Positions 37,156 through 46,785 of a stretch of 64,000 bases of DNA are shown one piece after another. This DNA comes from Caecitellus pseudoparvulus. Its lineage: Eukaryota; Protista; Bigyra: Bicosoecida. The notes below the pieces were generated by a model. It saw only the letters and a program-made list of their open reading frames with translations, searched no databases and was not told where the DNA came from. The stretch lies in the NCBI GenBank assembly GCA_965644315.1, contig CBFFRQ010000053.1, positions 186,001 through 250,000 of the forward strand, written 5' to 3'. Within the stretch, counting starts at the first letter, position 1; each line of letters begins with the position of its first letter. The translations under genes and the position numbers were made by a program.

Positions 37156-38110
37156 TCACTGGGTATCCGGCCAGAACTCCCGGCACACCGTGTGCCCCGG
37201 ATGCACACGCACATCCCAGACAGGCCACGGCCCACCAGGCACACCTGCAAAGGTTGCCATGCCCAGCAGTGCACTGCTGCCCTCCTCCCCCACTGGTTCA
37301 GGGTTGGCCATGGCGTGGGGAGCGTCGTCGCCTGCTGCCGCCTGCCACGCTGGGCCATGCTGGGCCAGGGCTGCAGCCGCCTCCTCCTGCTCTGTGAACA
37401 GCTCCAGCTCCTCTGCCAGGGCGATGGCGCAGTGGGAGCGCACGAGCGCCACGCCACCCACCGGCAGTGCGTCGGCGGCGTGGTACATGCGCCCCATGCC
37501 AGGCCCCATGTACAGGCCAGTGGGTTGAAACGGCACTCGCAAGCCGCCTGCCGCGATGAGGGTGTCGCCTTCAAGCCGGTCAAACACAATCGCCGTGTCT
37601 GCTGGCTTGATGAAGTTCATCTCCTTCCCACAGGGAGACGTGAAGGGCTGAGGGGAGGGGCAACGCGGCTCGTGAGCGGCTGCCGGCAACAGTGGCCACT
37701 GGGCCCGTGCTTACGTAGTCGTTGTGCAGGCCGCTGGCGTTGCGACGCACGCGCCTGAAGAAGAACCTCAGGAACTTGTCGCTCTTCATGGACGTCGCGA
37801 TGTTCTTTGGTGTCGTGTCTTCCAGAAACAGCCGCCCCTGTGTCCGTAGGCAGGGCGGCACGTGAGGACCAGTGCGGATTTTGCAGCGCAGCGAAGGCCT
37901 CACAAGCAGGTCCACGTAGTAGAAGTAGTGGCGCTTGTGCCCTTCTGCTTCGTAAAACTCGTTGGACTTGATGTCGGCCTTCTGCCTCTGCTCCTCATAC
38001 ACTAGCTCGTCCCCAACCTGGCCACTGCACCTCCGCAACGGGGCGAAGCGCGAGGAAGCGCTCCAGCACGCCTGCGTCAACGACGCAGCCCTGGTGGCCC
38101 ACGAAAGCAT
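37156..38110 (-). CDS. UPF0598 / C8orf82 homologue with putative mitochondrial presequence; 3 exons
   Basis: '[15 protein letters not shown]…KNIATS.K..KFL.FFF.R…N…YPF.SPCGKE.NFI.PADT.IVF', 'G.MYH', 'ALVRS'. Introns ~37903-37838 and ~37714-37648. Confidence 0.88.
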
Positions 38111-38361
38111 GTTGCGAGATTCAAGTGCAAGAAGACGTCTCAAAATGGGTGAAAATGCCCCTGGTGTGTTTGTACTTTGAAATATATGCCTTGGGCGATT
38201 GTGTGGCAATAAAAGTACAGGGGCAGCTTAGGCCATTGAAATGGAAAGACGCAAAGTAACGCGTTGGGATTCCGAAACAAGGATCGAAGTTGAACCAGAG
38301 GTGCCGTCGCTGTGCTTTACGTAGTGCAAGCAGGTGCGACAATGCATTCCATCCACAATGC

Positions 38362-40737
38362 TCAAGGCTGAGTTGAAGGCTGGGGAGGCAGCTTGAGGCT
38401 GATGTGGCTCGCAGGCCAAGCAGCGCCGGGTTCGCAGCATGCGAGGAGGGCATCCTCCATTGGGTCGTACAGTTGGGGATGCGGCACGACAGCCACCTTG
38501 GCGCCGGGCACCAGGGCCTCCTCCGGCGCCGCAGTGACCAACTGCAGAGTGTCCACGCCCTCCCTCCGCCAGTAGGCCAGGATATGGCAGGCGCCATGTA
38601 CCTGAGCCACTAAGGGCAGGGCCACAGGCGGAAGCAGCGTCTCCGGTTCACCACTCCCAGGCAAAGTTATGGCATGGCGCATGACCGCAGCACTGGCCTC
38701 TGCGATGGCTTCGGGTGTGGGGTGGCTGCCAGCGGCGCTGGGCCACAAGTCTCGGACCTGCTCCGCATCCTGGGCCCACTGCTCCGCAAGGTGCTGCGCC
38801 ACATCTTGCAGGGGCAGCATCTCAGACTCCGTGGGAAGTGTTGCCCACGATTCAGCCTGCCACAGCGCAGGTGGCGCTGTGCTGGGGTAGGTGGAGGCTG
38901 GTCCCTGGCGCGGCCGCTTGGCAGGGGGCGCGGCTGTGTCGGCTTGCGCCACGCGCTGCAACCCTGACATCCCTTCGCCCCCCGCCTGCCACGCCATGGC
39001 TAGATGCACAGCCTGCAGCATGGGCGTGTTGTCGGGGTCCCCACCAGCGGCCTGCACCACTGCGGAAGGGAGGTGGGAAGCACGCCAACCAGCCTCCCCC
39101 GCACAGGCAGGCAGGCAGGCGGTCACTGGGACGGACAGCAGACAGGTGCTTCCGGATGAGTTGGGAGAGCATGCCCGACGCAAGAGGAGCGTGTCCTGCG
39201 CACCCCCCCACACAAGCTCACATGCGTGTCCAGGCGTGTTCAGGACGGCGTCCTGGGGCGGGGCCGGGGGGGCTGCAAGCGGTGCTCCCACCCCTGATGT
39301 ATGCTGCCGAATGTGCAAGACGCACGACAGTGCCTGGCGCTGTGCGAAGGCCAGTCCAGCGGCCAGGATGCCCCGTTGGCTGGCCACATATGCCGCTGCG
39401 ACTCGCCGGCGATAGGACCAGCGCTGGGCAGCGGCGGCAGCCAGCGTGGGCAGGCCTTGCCGTGGGGTGGTGTCCTCACACAGTGCGGGAGCAGTGGCAT
39501 CATCTTGCCCTGCTTGCGGCACAGCTGCTAGCTTGGCTTGCAGCATGGAGGCCAAGGTGGTCCAAAAGTGGCGGAAGGTGAAGGCAGAGACAGAGGCAAC
39601 AGCCCCTCGCCACAGCATGCCCGGAGCGGACACCTCCCGCCCACTGCACCAGGCGGCCAGTGCGGCTTCGTCAGCACTCTGCAACATGGGCAGGAGCAGC
39701 CTGAGCAGCAGCTGTGTGGCCGGGTGGCCGTCTGCCCACACGTACTGGACACGCCCTGCCGCACCTACCTGCTTCAGGGCAGCCTGCAGTGCCGGTGCAG
39801 CGGGGCGCGGTGGCAGGGCACACGCGACACTGTCGTGGGGGTTGTCTGCGGGGTGAAAGCCGAAGCCAATGAGGAGCTCTTCGCCGCCTTTGGCCCCGTA
39901 GTTGTTGAACACCTCTTCCCCAGCGGGCACGCCGCCTTGGCTCCGGAACACGAGCCCCCCATCTTCACACTCCCACACAAGACTGGAGGCATGATGGTGG
40001 TTCAGCGTGTCCATAATGGGCAGGAGCGCCCCCCCTGGGAAGGCCTCCCACAAGCTGGCGTCAGCAGCGGGCGGGGGGCCTTCCTCCTCCGCCTCCCCAG
40101 CCACCCGCAGGGGGAAGGCTCGAGACTTGAACGCCGCGTGCACCCACAGAAAGTCATCCCATGTCATCATGTCAGGCTGCAGCGTGACCTTGTCCCTGCC
40201 CAGGCGCTGCCGCAGGCGGGCCAGCACCCCCAGGCACTCCTTGTGGGCCAGGGCGAGAGTTGCCTGGCGCACCGCGATGCCCTGGCCTGCGTTGGTGCCT
40301 GCCAGCCACGTGAGCTGCTCAGCGTCCCAAATCACACCAGCGTCTTGAAGTGGCGGGATGGAGTTCATGTAGGCGTGCCACAGGGCGGCTTGGCCTGGCC
40401 CGCTGTTCAGCCGCAGAGCCAGGCACACCATGTACATGTACAGGCGAGGTGGGAGCGGCGGCAAGCCCGCCTCTGCGTCTACTTGCGCTTGTGCAGCAAG
40501 CTGCACTCCTGGTTCAGTGGCCAGAGCTCGACGGGGCGTGAGGGCGAGGTCGTAGGGCAGCTGCGCAACGATTGAAGCGGGGGGGATGGCTGCCTTCGCG
40601 AAGGCGCTAAATCCGCACACCCCGCCTTCAAACGCCATGTCCGGGTGAATGACGGCACCTGCCGCCTTGGCGGCATGCACCATGCTGATATGGGCCTCTG
40701 CAGTTGGTCCTGCTGCATGGTCTTCTGCCGCAGACAT
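38362..40737 (-). CDS. SET-domain protein lysine methyltransferase (Rubisco-LSMT/SETD3/EFM1 class) with a degenerate second SET-like region; single exon
   Basis: 'WVHAAFKSRAFP', 'LLPIMDTLNH', 'GEEVFNNYGAKGGEELLIGFGF'. Confidence 0.85.
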   Translation of the reverse strand: MSAAEDHAAGPTAEAHISMVHAAKAAGAVIHPDMAFEGGVCGFSAFAKAAIPPASIVAQLPYDLALTPRRALATEPGVQLAAQAQVDAEAGLPPLPPRLYMYMVCLALRLNSGPGQAALWHAYMNSIPPLQDAGVIWDAEQLTWLAGTNAGQGIAVRQATLALAHKECLGVLARLRQRLGRDKVTLQPDMMTWDDFLWVHAAFKSRAFPLRVAGEAEEEGPPPAADASLWEAFPGGALLPIMDTLNHHHASSLVWECEDGGLVFRSQGGVPAGEEVFNNYGAKGGEELLIGFGFHPADNPHDSVACALPPRPAAPALQAALKQVGAAGRVQYVWADGHPATQLLLRLLLPMLQSADEAALAAWCSGREVSAPGMLWRGAVASVSAFTFRHFWTTLASMLQAKLAAVPQAGQDDATAPALCEDTTPRQGLPTLAAAAAQRWSYRRRVAAAYVASQRGILAAGLAFAQRQALSCVLHIRQHTSGVGAPLAAPPAPPQDAVLNTPGHACELVWGGAQDTLLLRRACSPNSSGSTCLLSVPVTACLPACAGEAGWRASHLPSAVVQAAGGDPDNTPMLQAVHLAMAWQAGGEGMSGLQRVAQADTAAPPAKRPRQGPASTYPSTAPPALWQAESWATLPTESEMLPLQDVAQHLAEQWAQDAEQVRDLWPSAAGSHPTPEAIAEASAAVMRHAITLPGSGEPETLLPPVALPLVAQVHGACHILAYWRREGVDTLQLVTAAPEEALVPGAKVAVVPHPQLYDPMEDALLACCEPGAAWPASHISLKLPPQPSTQP

Positions 40738-40995
40738 GCTGAGGCTCGCGAACTGGATCGGGGGCGGCTCGGCAAGTACTGCTGCACGGAGGCTGCTTGC
40801 CCTGCACTGGCGTTGGCCTGCGTGTCCAGTGCGGGCGGCCGAGCCAGTTCGGGGTGCAGGGCAAAAACCAAACAGGGGCACTGCACCAATTTTTGCAGCA
40901 CTGCCACCTCTGTCAGGGCCACCATTCCCCCCTGGCTGTGTCCTGCTTGGTCCTCTCTCTCCCTGCCCTTGCACGCACCGCCTGGTTCCCTTGCG

Positions 40996-42403
40996 ATGAA
41001 GACCCTCACCAGCGTCCTCGCCTTGGCGGGGCTGGCTGCAAGTGCAGTGGCACAGGACTTCTCTGGTATTGATGCCGTCATCAATGGGGCCATTGCCCGC
41101 AAGGTGACGCCAGGGGCTGTCGCCGCCTTTGCCATTGGCGATAGGCTCGTGTACAGCCGTGCCTACGGCTCCTTCACGTACGGCGACAAGGCACCCGTCA
41201 CTGGGTCCAACCCTGAAACACAAGTGGACACCAAGTATGACTTGGCGTCCCTCACCAAGGTGACGACGACCACCAGCTGCATTGCGACGTTTTACCAGGT
41301 GAGGCGTCCTGCTGCACTGCACTTGCCCTGCCACGCCTCCCACGCGCTGCGCGGCCCGCCTGTCACCCCAGAGAGGCGAGCTGCCGCTGGACACACCCCT
41401 GGCGAGCCCATACCTGCTCGGATCAGCCTATGCCAACAACGGCAAGTCCGTCATCACCGTGGAGAACTGCTTGCTGCACAATGCGGGGTATCCCCCTGAC
41501 CCTGACCCCATGTACTGGTCCTCTGCCTTTGCCTGCCCTGCGACAGGGCACCAGCCGGTGTCGGAGGTGTTTTCCTGCGTGGACCAGGCCTACGACGGCC
41601 TCATGAAGCAGACCCTTATCAACCCCCCCGGCGCCAAGTACGTGTACAGCGACCTGTCCATGATTTCCTTACAGTACGTCGTGGGCACCCTGGCCAAGAA
41701 CCTCGGGTACATCCAGCCCTCCCAGCTGCACCCATCCTGTGCTGCAGCGCTGGCTGCACAGGGCACCTCGCCTCCCGGCTCCATGTCCGGCCTGGAGCGC
41801 TCGTGCTACTACGAGGCGTACGCGCGCCACTTCGTCTTCGAGCCGCTGAACATGAGCGTCACCGGCTTCCTGCCGCCCAAGGACGAGTGGGCTGCCATCC
41901 CGCCCACTTGGCAAGACACGTACTACCGCGACTTCTGGCCCCAGGGCCAGGTGTCCGATGAGAACTCGTACGCGCTGGGCGGCATCGCTGGGCACGCCGG
42001 CGTGTTCAGCAACGTCGTGGACCTCATGAAGCTCATGCAGTGGCTGATGCACCCCCCCGCTGCTTCGGACGTGTTCCTGAACGCCACCACGGTGGACCTC
42101 TTCACCACCATGCACAACGTGACGCAGTCTTCCCGTGCCTTGGGCTGGGACACCAACTCGTACGTCGCCAACACCTACCGAGGCTGTTCCAACTTGTCCC
42201 AGAACACTTTCACACACCTGGGCTACACGGGCACGCAGCTGTGCGGAGACAAGGACCGCAAGCTCATCACCATCCTGCTCACAAACCGGTGCTACCCCGA
42301 CAAGACGGGCGGCCTGACCACCATCCACCCCGTGCGCCAGCAGTGGAACGACGCAGTGCTGGCGGTGTACAACAACATCACGGCAGCCGCACCGCTGCAG
42401 TGA
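40996..42403 (+). CDS. Secreted beta-lactamase-fold serine hydrolase (class C / peptidase S12 family); 2 exons
   Basis: Signal peptide; YDLASLTK (SxxK), LLHNAG, YVYSD, GGIAGHAGVFS, HLGYTGT, LTNR. Intron ~41299-41371. Confidence 0.9.
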
Positions 42404-42406
42404 GGC

Positions 42407-42418
42407 GCAATGCATTGC
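42407..42418. terminator. Perfect palindrome GCAATGCATTGC, putative bidirectional 3'-end signal
   Basis: Occupies 12 of the 16 nt between convergent stops at 42403 and 42420. Confidence 0.7.
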
Positions 42419-42419
42419 T

Positions 42420-43593
42420 TCAGTCTTCCTCCCCGCTGCTGCTGCCTTCGCTGTGGCTGTCAGAGTCACTGTCACTGTCGGAGTCACTGCCCGAGTCACT
42501 GTCGCTGTCGTCCATGGCGATGCTGGGCTGCCCTCGCGTTGCCTTCCACATCGCTGCCTCAGCGTCATACGCAGCTGCTGCCGCTGCCGCCACTGCTGTC
42601 TTGGGAGTGCCTTCTGCCGGAGCGCCGCCTGCCGCCTCCGCCGCCTCGTGAGCGGACCGTTGGCACGCCGCAGCCTCGGCAGCCTTGGCAGCCTTGTCAG
42701 CAGCCTTGGCAGCTTTCTTTGCAGCTGCAGCCTGAGCGGCCGCCGCCTTAGCAGCCTCCTTCTCAGCAGCTGCAGCAGCCTGGGCCGCAGCCACCGACTC
42801 GCGCTGGTCCGCCGGCACGAGGTCCAGCGGCAGCAGTGCCAGGCTGCCCGGGAAGTTGGCCACGAAGGCGGCGACATCTGCATCCAGGCTTTCCTGGGCC
42901 CGTGCAATTTTCTCAGGCTTGGCGTTCTTCTTGCTCTTCAGCTTGTTCAGCCCTGCAAGCTTGCTGTGGATGCGCCCGGCGGGGCCCGCGGCCGGGTCCT
43001 TCGTCGCTGCCTTGGCCCTGCGCTTGGCGGCCTGTGTCTCGCGGGCGGCAGCAGCGGCCTTCTTCTGCTCAGCTTCTTCGCGCTGCTTGGCCAGGCGGGC
43101 TTTGCGGACGTCGTCGTCTTCGCCCTGGGGGGGGGGGGGGGTGGGGGTGAGCAGGTTCGCACCGCGCGGCCATTTGTTGCCGGGGGTGCAAGGAACGCAC
43201 CTGGTTGCTCTCCTTCACGGTGGGCATGCAGCCAACCTCAATGGCCCAATCCAGGAAGTCCTGCTTGGAGTCCTCGTCAACGTACATGAGGTGCCTGGGG
43301 CAGGGCGAGGGAAGGCCCGGTATGGACAGGGAGGAGGCTCTCAAGCCGGGAACACTGGCGGCCTCTGCCGTCGCGGGTGCTCACGTCTGCAGGACTGGGT
43401 TGCGCTCAAAGAAGAAGTCGACGTAGGAGGACATGTCAGAGCCGTCCAGCTGATCCAGCACCTCCTTGAAGTTCGTGTAGAACAAGTCCTTAGGCAGGGT
43501 CATCTCTGTCAGTGGGTGCTCCACAGTCTCGATGCTGTCGTCGGCGAGGGCCATCGCCCACGTGGTGTTTTTCGCGATGGAAGTACTGGCCAT
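42420..43593 (-). CDS. Hypothetical protein (acidic N-domain, Lys/Ala-rich coiled coil, SD-rich tail); 3 exons
   Basis: Introns ~43385-43295 and ~43200-43125 join MASTSIAK…PVLQT|HLMYVDED…ESNQ|GEDDDVRKARL… in frame through to the stop at 42420. No family recognised. Confidence 0.65.
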
Positions 43594-43831
43594 GCTGTTG
43601 GTGGGAGGCTGGTGCTGCTTTTAGGCTGAGCGGGGCAGCAGGTGCAACCTGGGGGCGCCGGAAACAGTTGCTGGTTGCGGGGAAAACGCAGGTGAAACGC
43701 GGGGGAATACAGCCACCAATGAGGAGCAGCAGTGTGCGCACGTTGGTCGTGATGCATGTCTTTTGTGTGAAAGGCCAGCATGGTGTGCTGTAAATGGGGG
43801 GGGGCGCTTCCTCAGCGAAGGGGTGCATTGG

Positions 43832-44953
43832 TCACAGCATGAAGGGGCTGAACGCCCTGGCACTCGCGTACAGCGGAGGCAGCACGGCAGAAGATGCCCG
43901 CTGCAGGGGGCTCTCCAGCGGCGGCAAGGAGCCGAGAGACCCTGCAAAGTGCAGAGGAGGGGGCGGGGGGAGCCCTGCCATGGGCGCCGCGAACTCGGCG
44001 CAGCGAGGCAGCTCCACGGCTACAGGGGGCGCCTCGGCGCGAGGCTTCTTGGGCGAGGCAGCCGGCACGTCGCTGGCCGCCGAGGCAGGGCTGCCAGCAG
44101 AGGGCGAGCCGACAGGCATGTCTGGAGAGGACGGCTCGCGCTGGCGCTTGGTGCCTCGAGGAGCCAGGGCCTGGTCGATGGCGGCATCCACGGCATCAGG
44201 CAGTGCCATGAAGGGCTTCTTGGCGGAGGGGGCTCGCAGGCGCTTGGGCGGGGGCTTGGGGCCGGTGGGCTGAGGCTCCTTGGAGCCGACGAGGAAGGGG
44301 GAGGAGCTCACCACCTCCTGCACTGGGTGCAGCACCCACACGAACTTGAACGGCGCGTCGCCGTGTGCCTTGGACACCGGCAGGTACTTGCGGTGCACCT
44401 GCGCGAGGGAGGGGGCGCGTGGCGAGAATGTGCGTGCCAGAGTCATGGCAGGCAGAAAGGCACTGCTACGCACCAGCACCTGCAGCGCCTGCATCGCGTG
44501 GTCCAGGTGGTACTGGAACATGGACGGGTTCAGCTTGACGACCTTCATGGTGCCGGTGTCGGAGCTGTGGGGGGACGAGGGACGGTAGGATGAGGGGGCG
44601 GGTAGAGCGGATGCTCGTGCCAGCGAGCGTACCAGTACAGCTGCACGTGGCGGTTATCAAATCGACGCAGGGCCACTGACACTGCAGTGTGCAGGTTCGC
44701 CACGCGGCTCAGGGCCTCGTAGGCCGCAGAGCTGAGCAGGATGGTGATCTGCGGGGGGCGGGTTCTGAGCCAGTTCCGCAGGGAGTTTCGCTAGGGCCGC
44801 ACCACGCCGACGCACCTCCATGAGCGTGGAGGAGTCCTGCACGCCGTCGATGATGTTGGTCTGGTACACAGCCACGGGAAGGTCTTGGGAAACGAAGGAC
44901 TCGGCCCGTGCTGCTGCAGCTGCAGCTGCAGCTGGGGTGAGAGAGGCAGCCAT
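43832..44953 (-). CDS. Putative transcription factor with CudA/STAT-like Ig-fold DNA-binding domain; 4 exons
   Basis: Introns ~44815-44749, ~44632-44565 and ~44473-44399 give a continuous frame ending 'VSKAHGDAPFKFVW…VVSSSPFLVGSKEP', followed by a Pro-rich tail with basic NLS-like clusters. The family call is tentative. Confidence 0.5.
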
Positions 44954-45452
44954 GATGGCTGGAGAGGGGAGGATAGGACGACTTTCGCACTGGGCCTCGG
45001 CCCTGGGTTTGAAAGACTACATGTTGGGGGGGGAACTAAGCCCTAAGGCGTACCCGGTTGGGGACGTTACCTCATGGCTGAACTTCGAACGGCGTGAGCC
45101 GCGCTGTTTAGCACATGGGGGATGCTCTTCACGGCACTGCTCTTGTTCACAACTGGCAGCTAGCGACTCATGGCTAGCTGATCGCGGGGAAGTTTAGGGT
45201 GGTGTTTAATAGTGAAACTGTGTGTCAAGTGGTGCGATGGAACGCGGCGGATTGGCGGGAGGGGTGTGCAGGGGGGGGTCACAATGGCTCGCAAACGATC
45301 ATTCGAAGAAGCTGCATCAGCCCCCCCACTGCATGCATGGTGAAAGTGCAAAATAGCCACCCACAGCCACGTTGAAGCTGCAGGCGTAGGTGTGCTCTGC
45401 CCACTCGTCGGGGCGCTTCGTGGACTGCTGGCAACAACGCGAGCCGAACAGC

Positions 45453-46773
45453 ATGGCTGCCGATTCGACGGCCTCTGGGACGCCAGCCGAGCGAGCGGTG
45501 AACTTGAAGGATCGTGGGAACCAGTGCATGAGAGTGGGAGATTTTGCTGAGGCTGTATCATACTACTCCCAAGCGATCGATTTGGATGGCAGCAAGCACG
45601 TGTACTACGGCAACCGTGCGCTGGCAAACGTGAGTTCCACCTGGCCCGACTGCGGAAATCGGTGCACGTGGACAAGTCCTTTCGGGTCCCTTCCTCACAC
45701 AGCTCAAGCTGGAGAGGTACGAAACTGCAATCTTGGACGCGGACAGTGCCATAGATTTGAATGCGAGCTATGGGAAGGGCTACAGTACCAAAGGGTCCGC
45801 GTTGTTGAAGGTCGGTCGGGTGACAGAAGCCATCGCAGCGTTCCAAGCTGGACTGCAGGTGGACCCTGACAACGCAAACTTGAAAAGCAACCTGGCCTTG
45901 GCACAGAGCAGCGCCGGATCTGCCCCCTCTGCCAGCGGCGCACCTCCTTCCAGCTTGGGGCAGTACTTGGCGGGCTCCCGTGCTGCCATGGTCAGCACAG
46001 GCAAGGCAAGTGCGACCATTGTCGCCTTGGTGCTGTCTCTGGCGCACCTGTTCATCCCGAACCCCCTGTCTGCCTGGTGCTACTACACAGTGCTGGCCAT
46101 TGCCGGTGCCCTGCACGTGGTGCATGTGCTGGAGGCCGCCGGCACTCCGTCTTTCACTGCTGCGTACGGCGCACAGGTCATGAACCAGGAAAGCACTTTC
46201 TTGGCCTTCACCTGCCTCACCTTCAGCCAGGCACCGCCCACGATCGTGGCACTGGTGCCCTTGCTGCTGTACAGCGTCATTCACATGTGCTACTGGGTGC
46301 ACGCCCTCCTGACGCTGGTCGCCCCGGCGGCTGCGGTGTCAGCAGCAGCCTCCATTGACTCTGTCATGCCATCTGTCACAGGGCAGGAGAGATGGGCAGA
46401 GATGGACTCCCGGGCACGGTACGGCATGCTGTCCGGCATGGCACAGGGCACAGTGGCGCAGCTGCAGGTCATGCTGGGCATTTTCCTCATCGTCAACCTC
46501 CTCACCCCTTCCCGAAGCCTCATTGCGCTGTTCCTGCATTGGCGAAACCTGCAGATGCAGGTGCAGTTGGGCACCTTCCCCCACATCAACCAGGCATTTG
46601 CCTCCATCGACACGCAGCTGCTGTCCCTCACCCACCACCAGTACTGCCCAGGAATCGTGCGCAGCGGCTACGCATCTCTGCGCACAGCCTTGGCTGGCAT
46701 GGCAGCCCGCCCACAGCCAGGTGCAGGCGGCGGCGGCCTGGCTGGGGCCTTGTCTTCCTGCTCCATCCAGTGA
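45453..46773 (+). CDS. TPR (SGT/STI1-type) + TMEM33/Pom33 fusion protein with C-terminal CaaX; 2 exons
   Basis: Three TPRs (LKDRGN…YSQAI…YGNRA…); TM region with 'HQYCPGIVR'; ends CSIQ*. Intron ~45630-45702. Confidence 0.75.
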
Positions 46774-46776
46774 TAG

Positions 46777-46785
46777 CAATGCATT
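46777..46785. terminator. CAATGCATT, putative bidirectional 3'-end signal
   Basis: In the 11-nt gap between convergent stops at 46773 and 46785; on the minus strand it overlaps the TGA stop (TGAATGCA). Confidence 0.65.

Noticed and set aside
38140-40900. CATTTT/CAATTT words upstream of several ATGs (oomycete INR/FPR-like)
   Set aside because: Spacing and sequence are too variable to support without TSS data.
43127-43148. Long G homopolymer
   Set aside because: It is the C-rich acceptor tract of a minus-strand intron.
45039-45200. CCCTAA / TTTAGGG telomere-like words in a divergent intergenic region
   Set aside because: Single isolated copies, consistent with chance.
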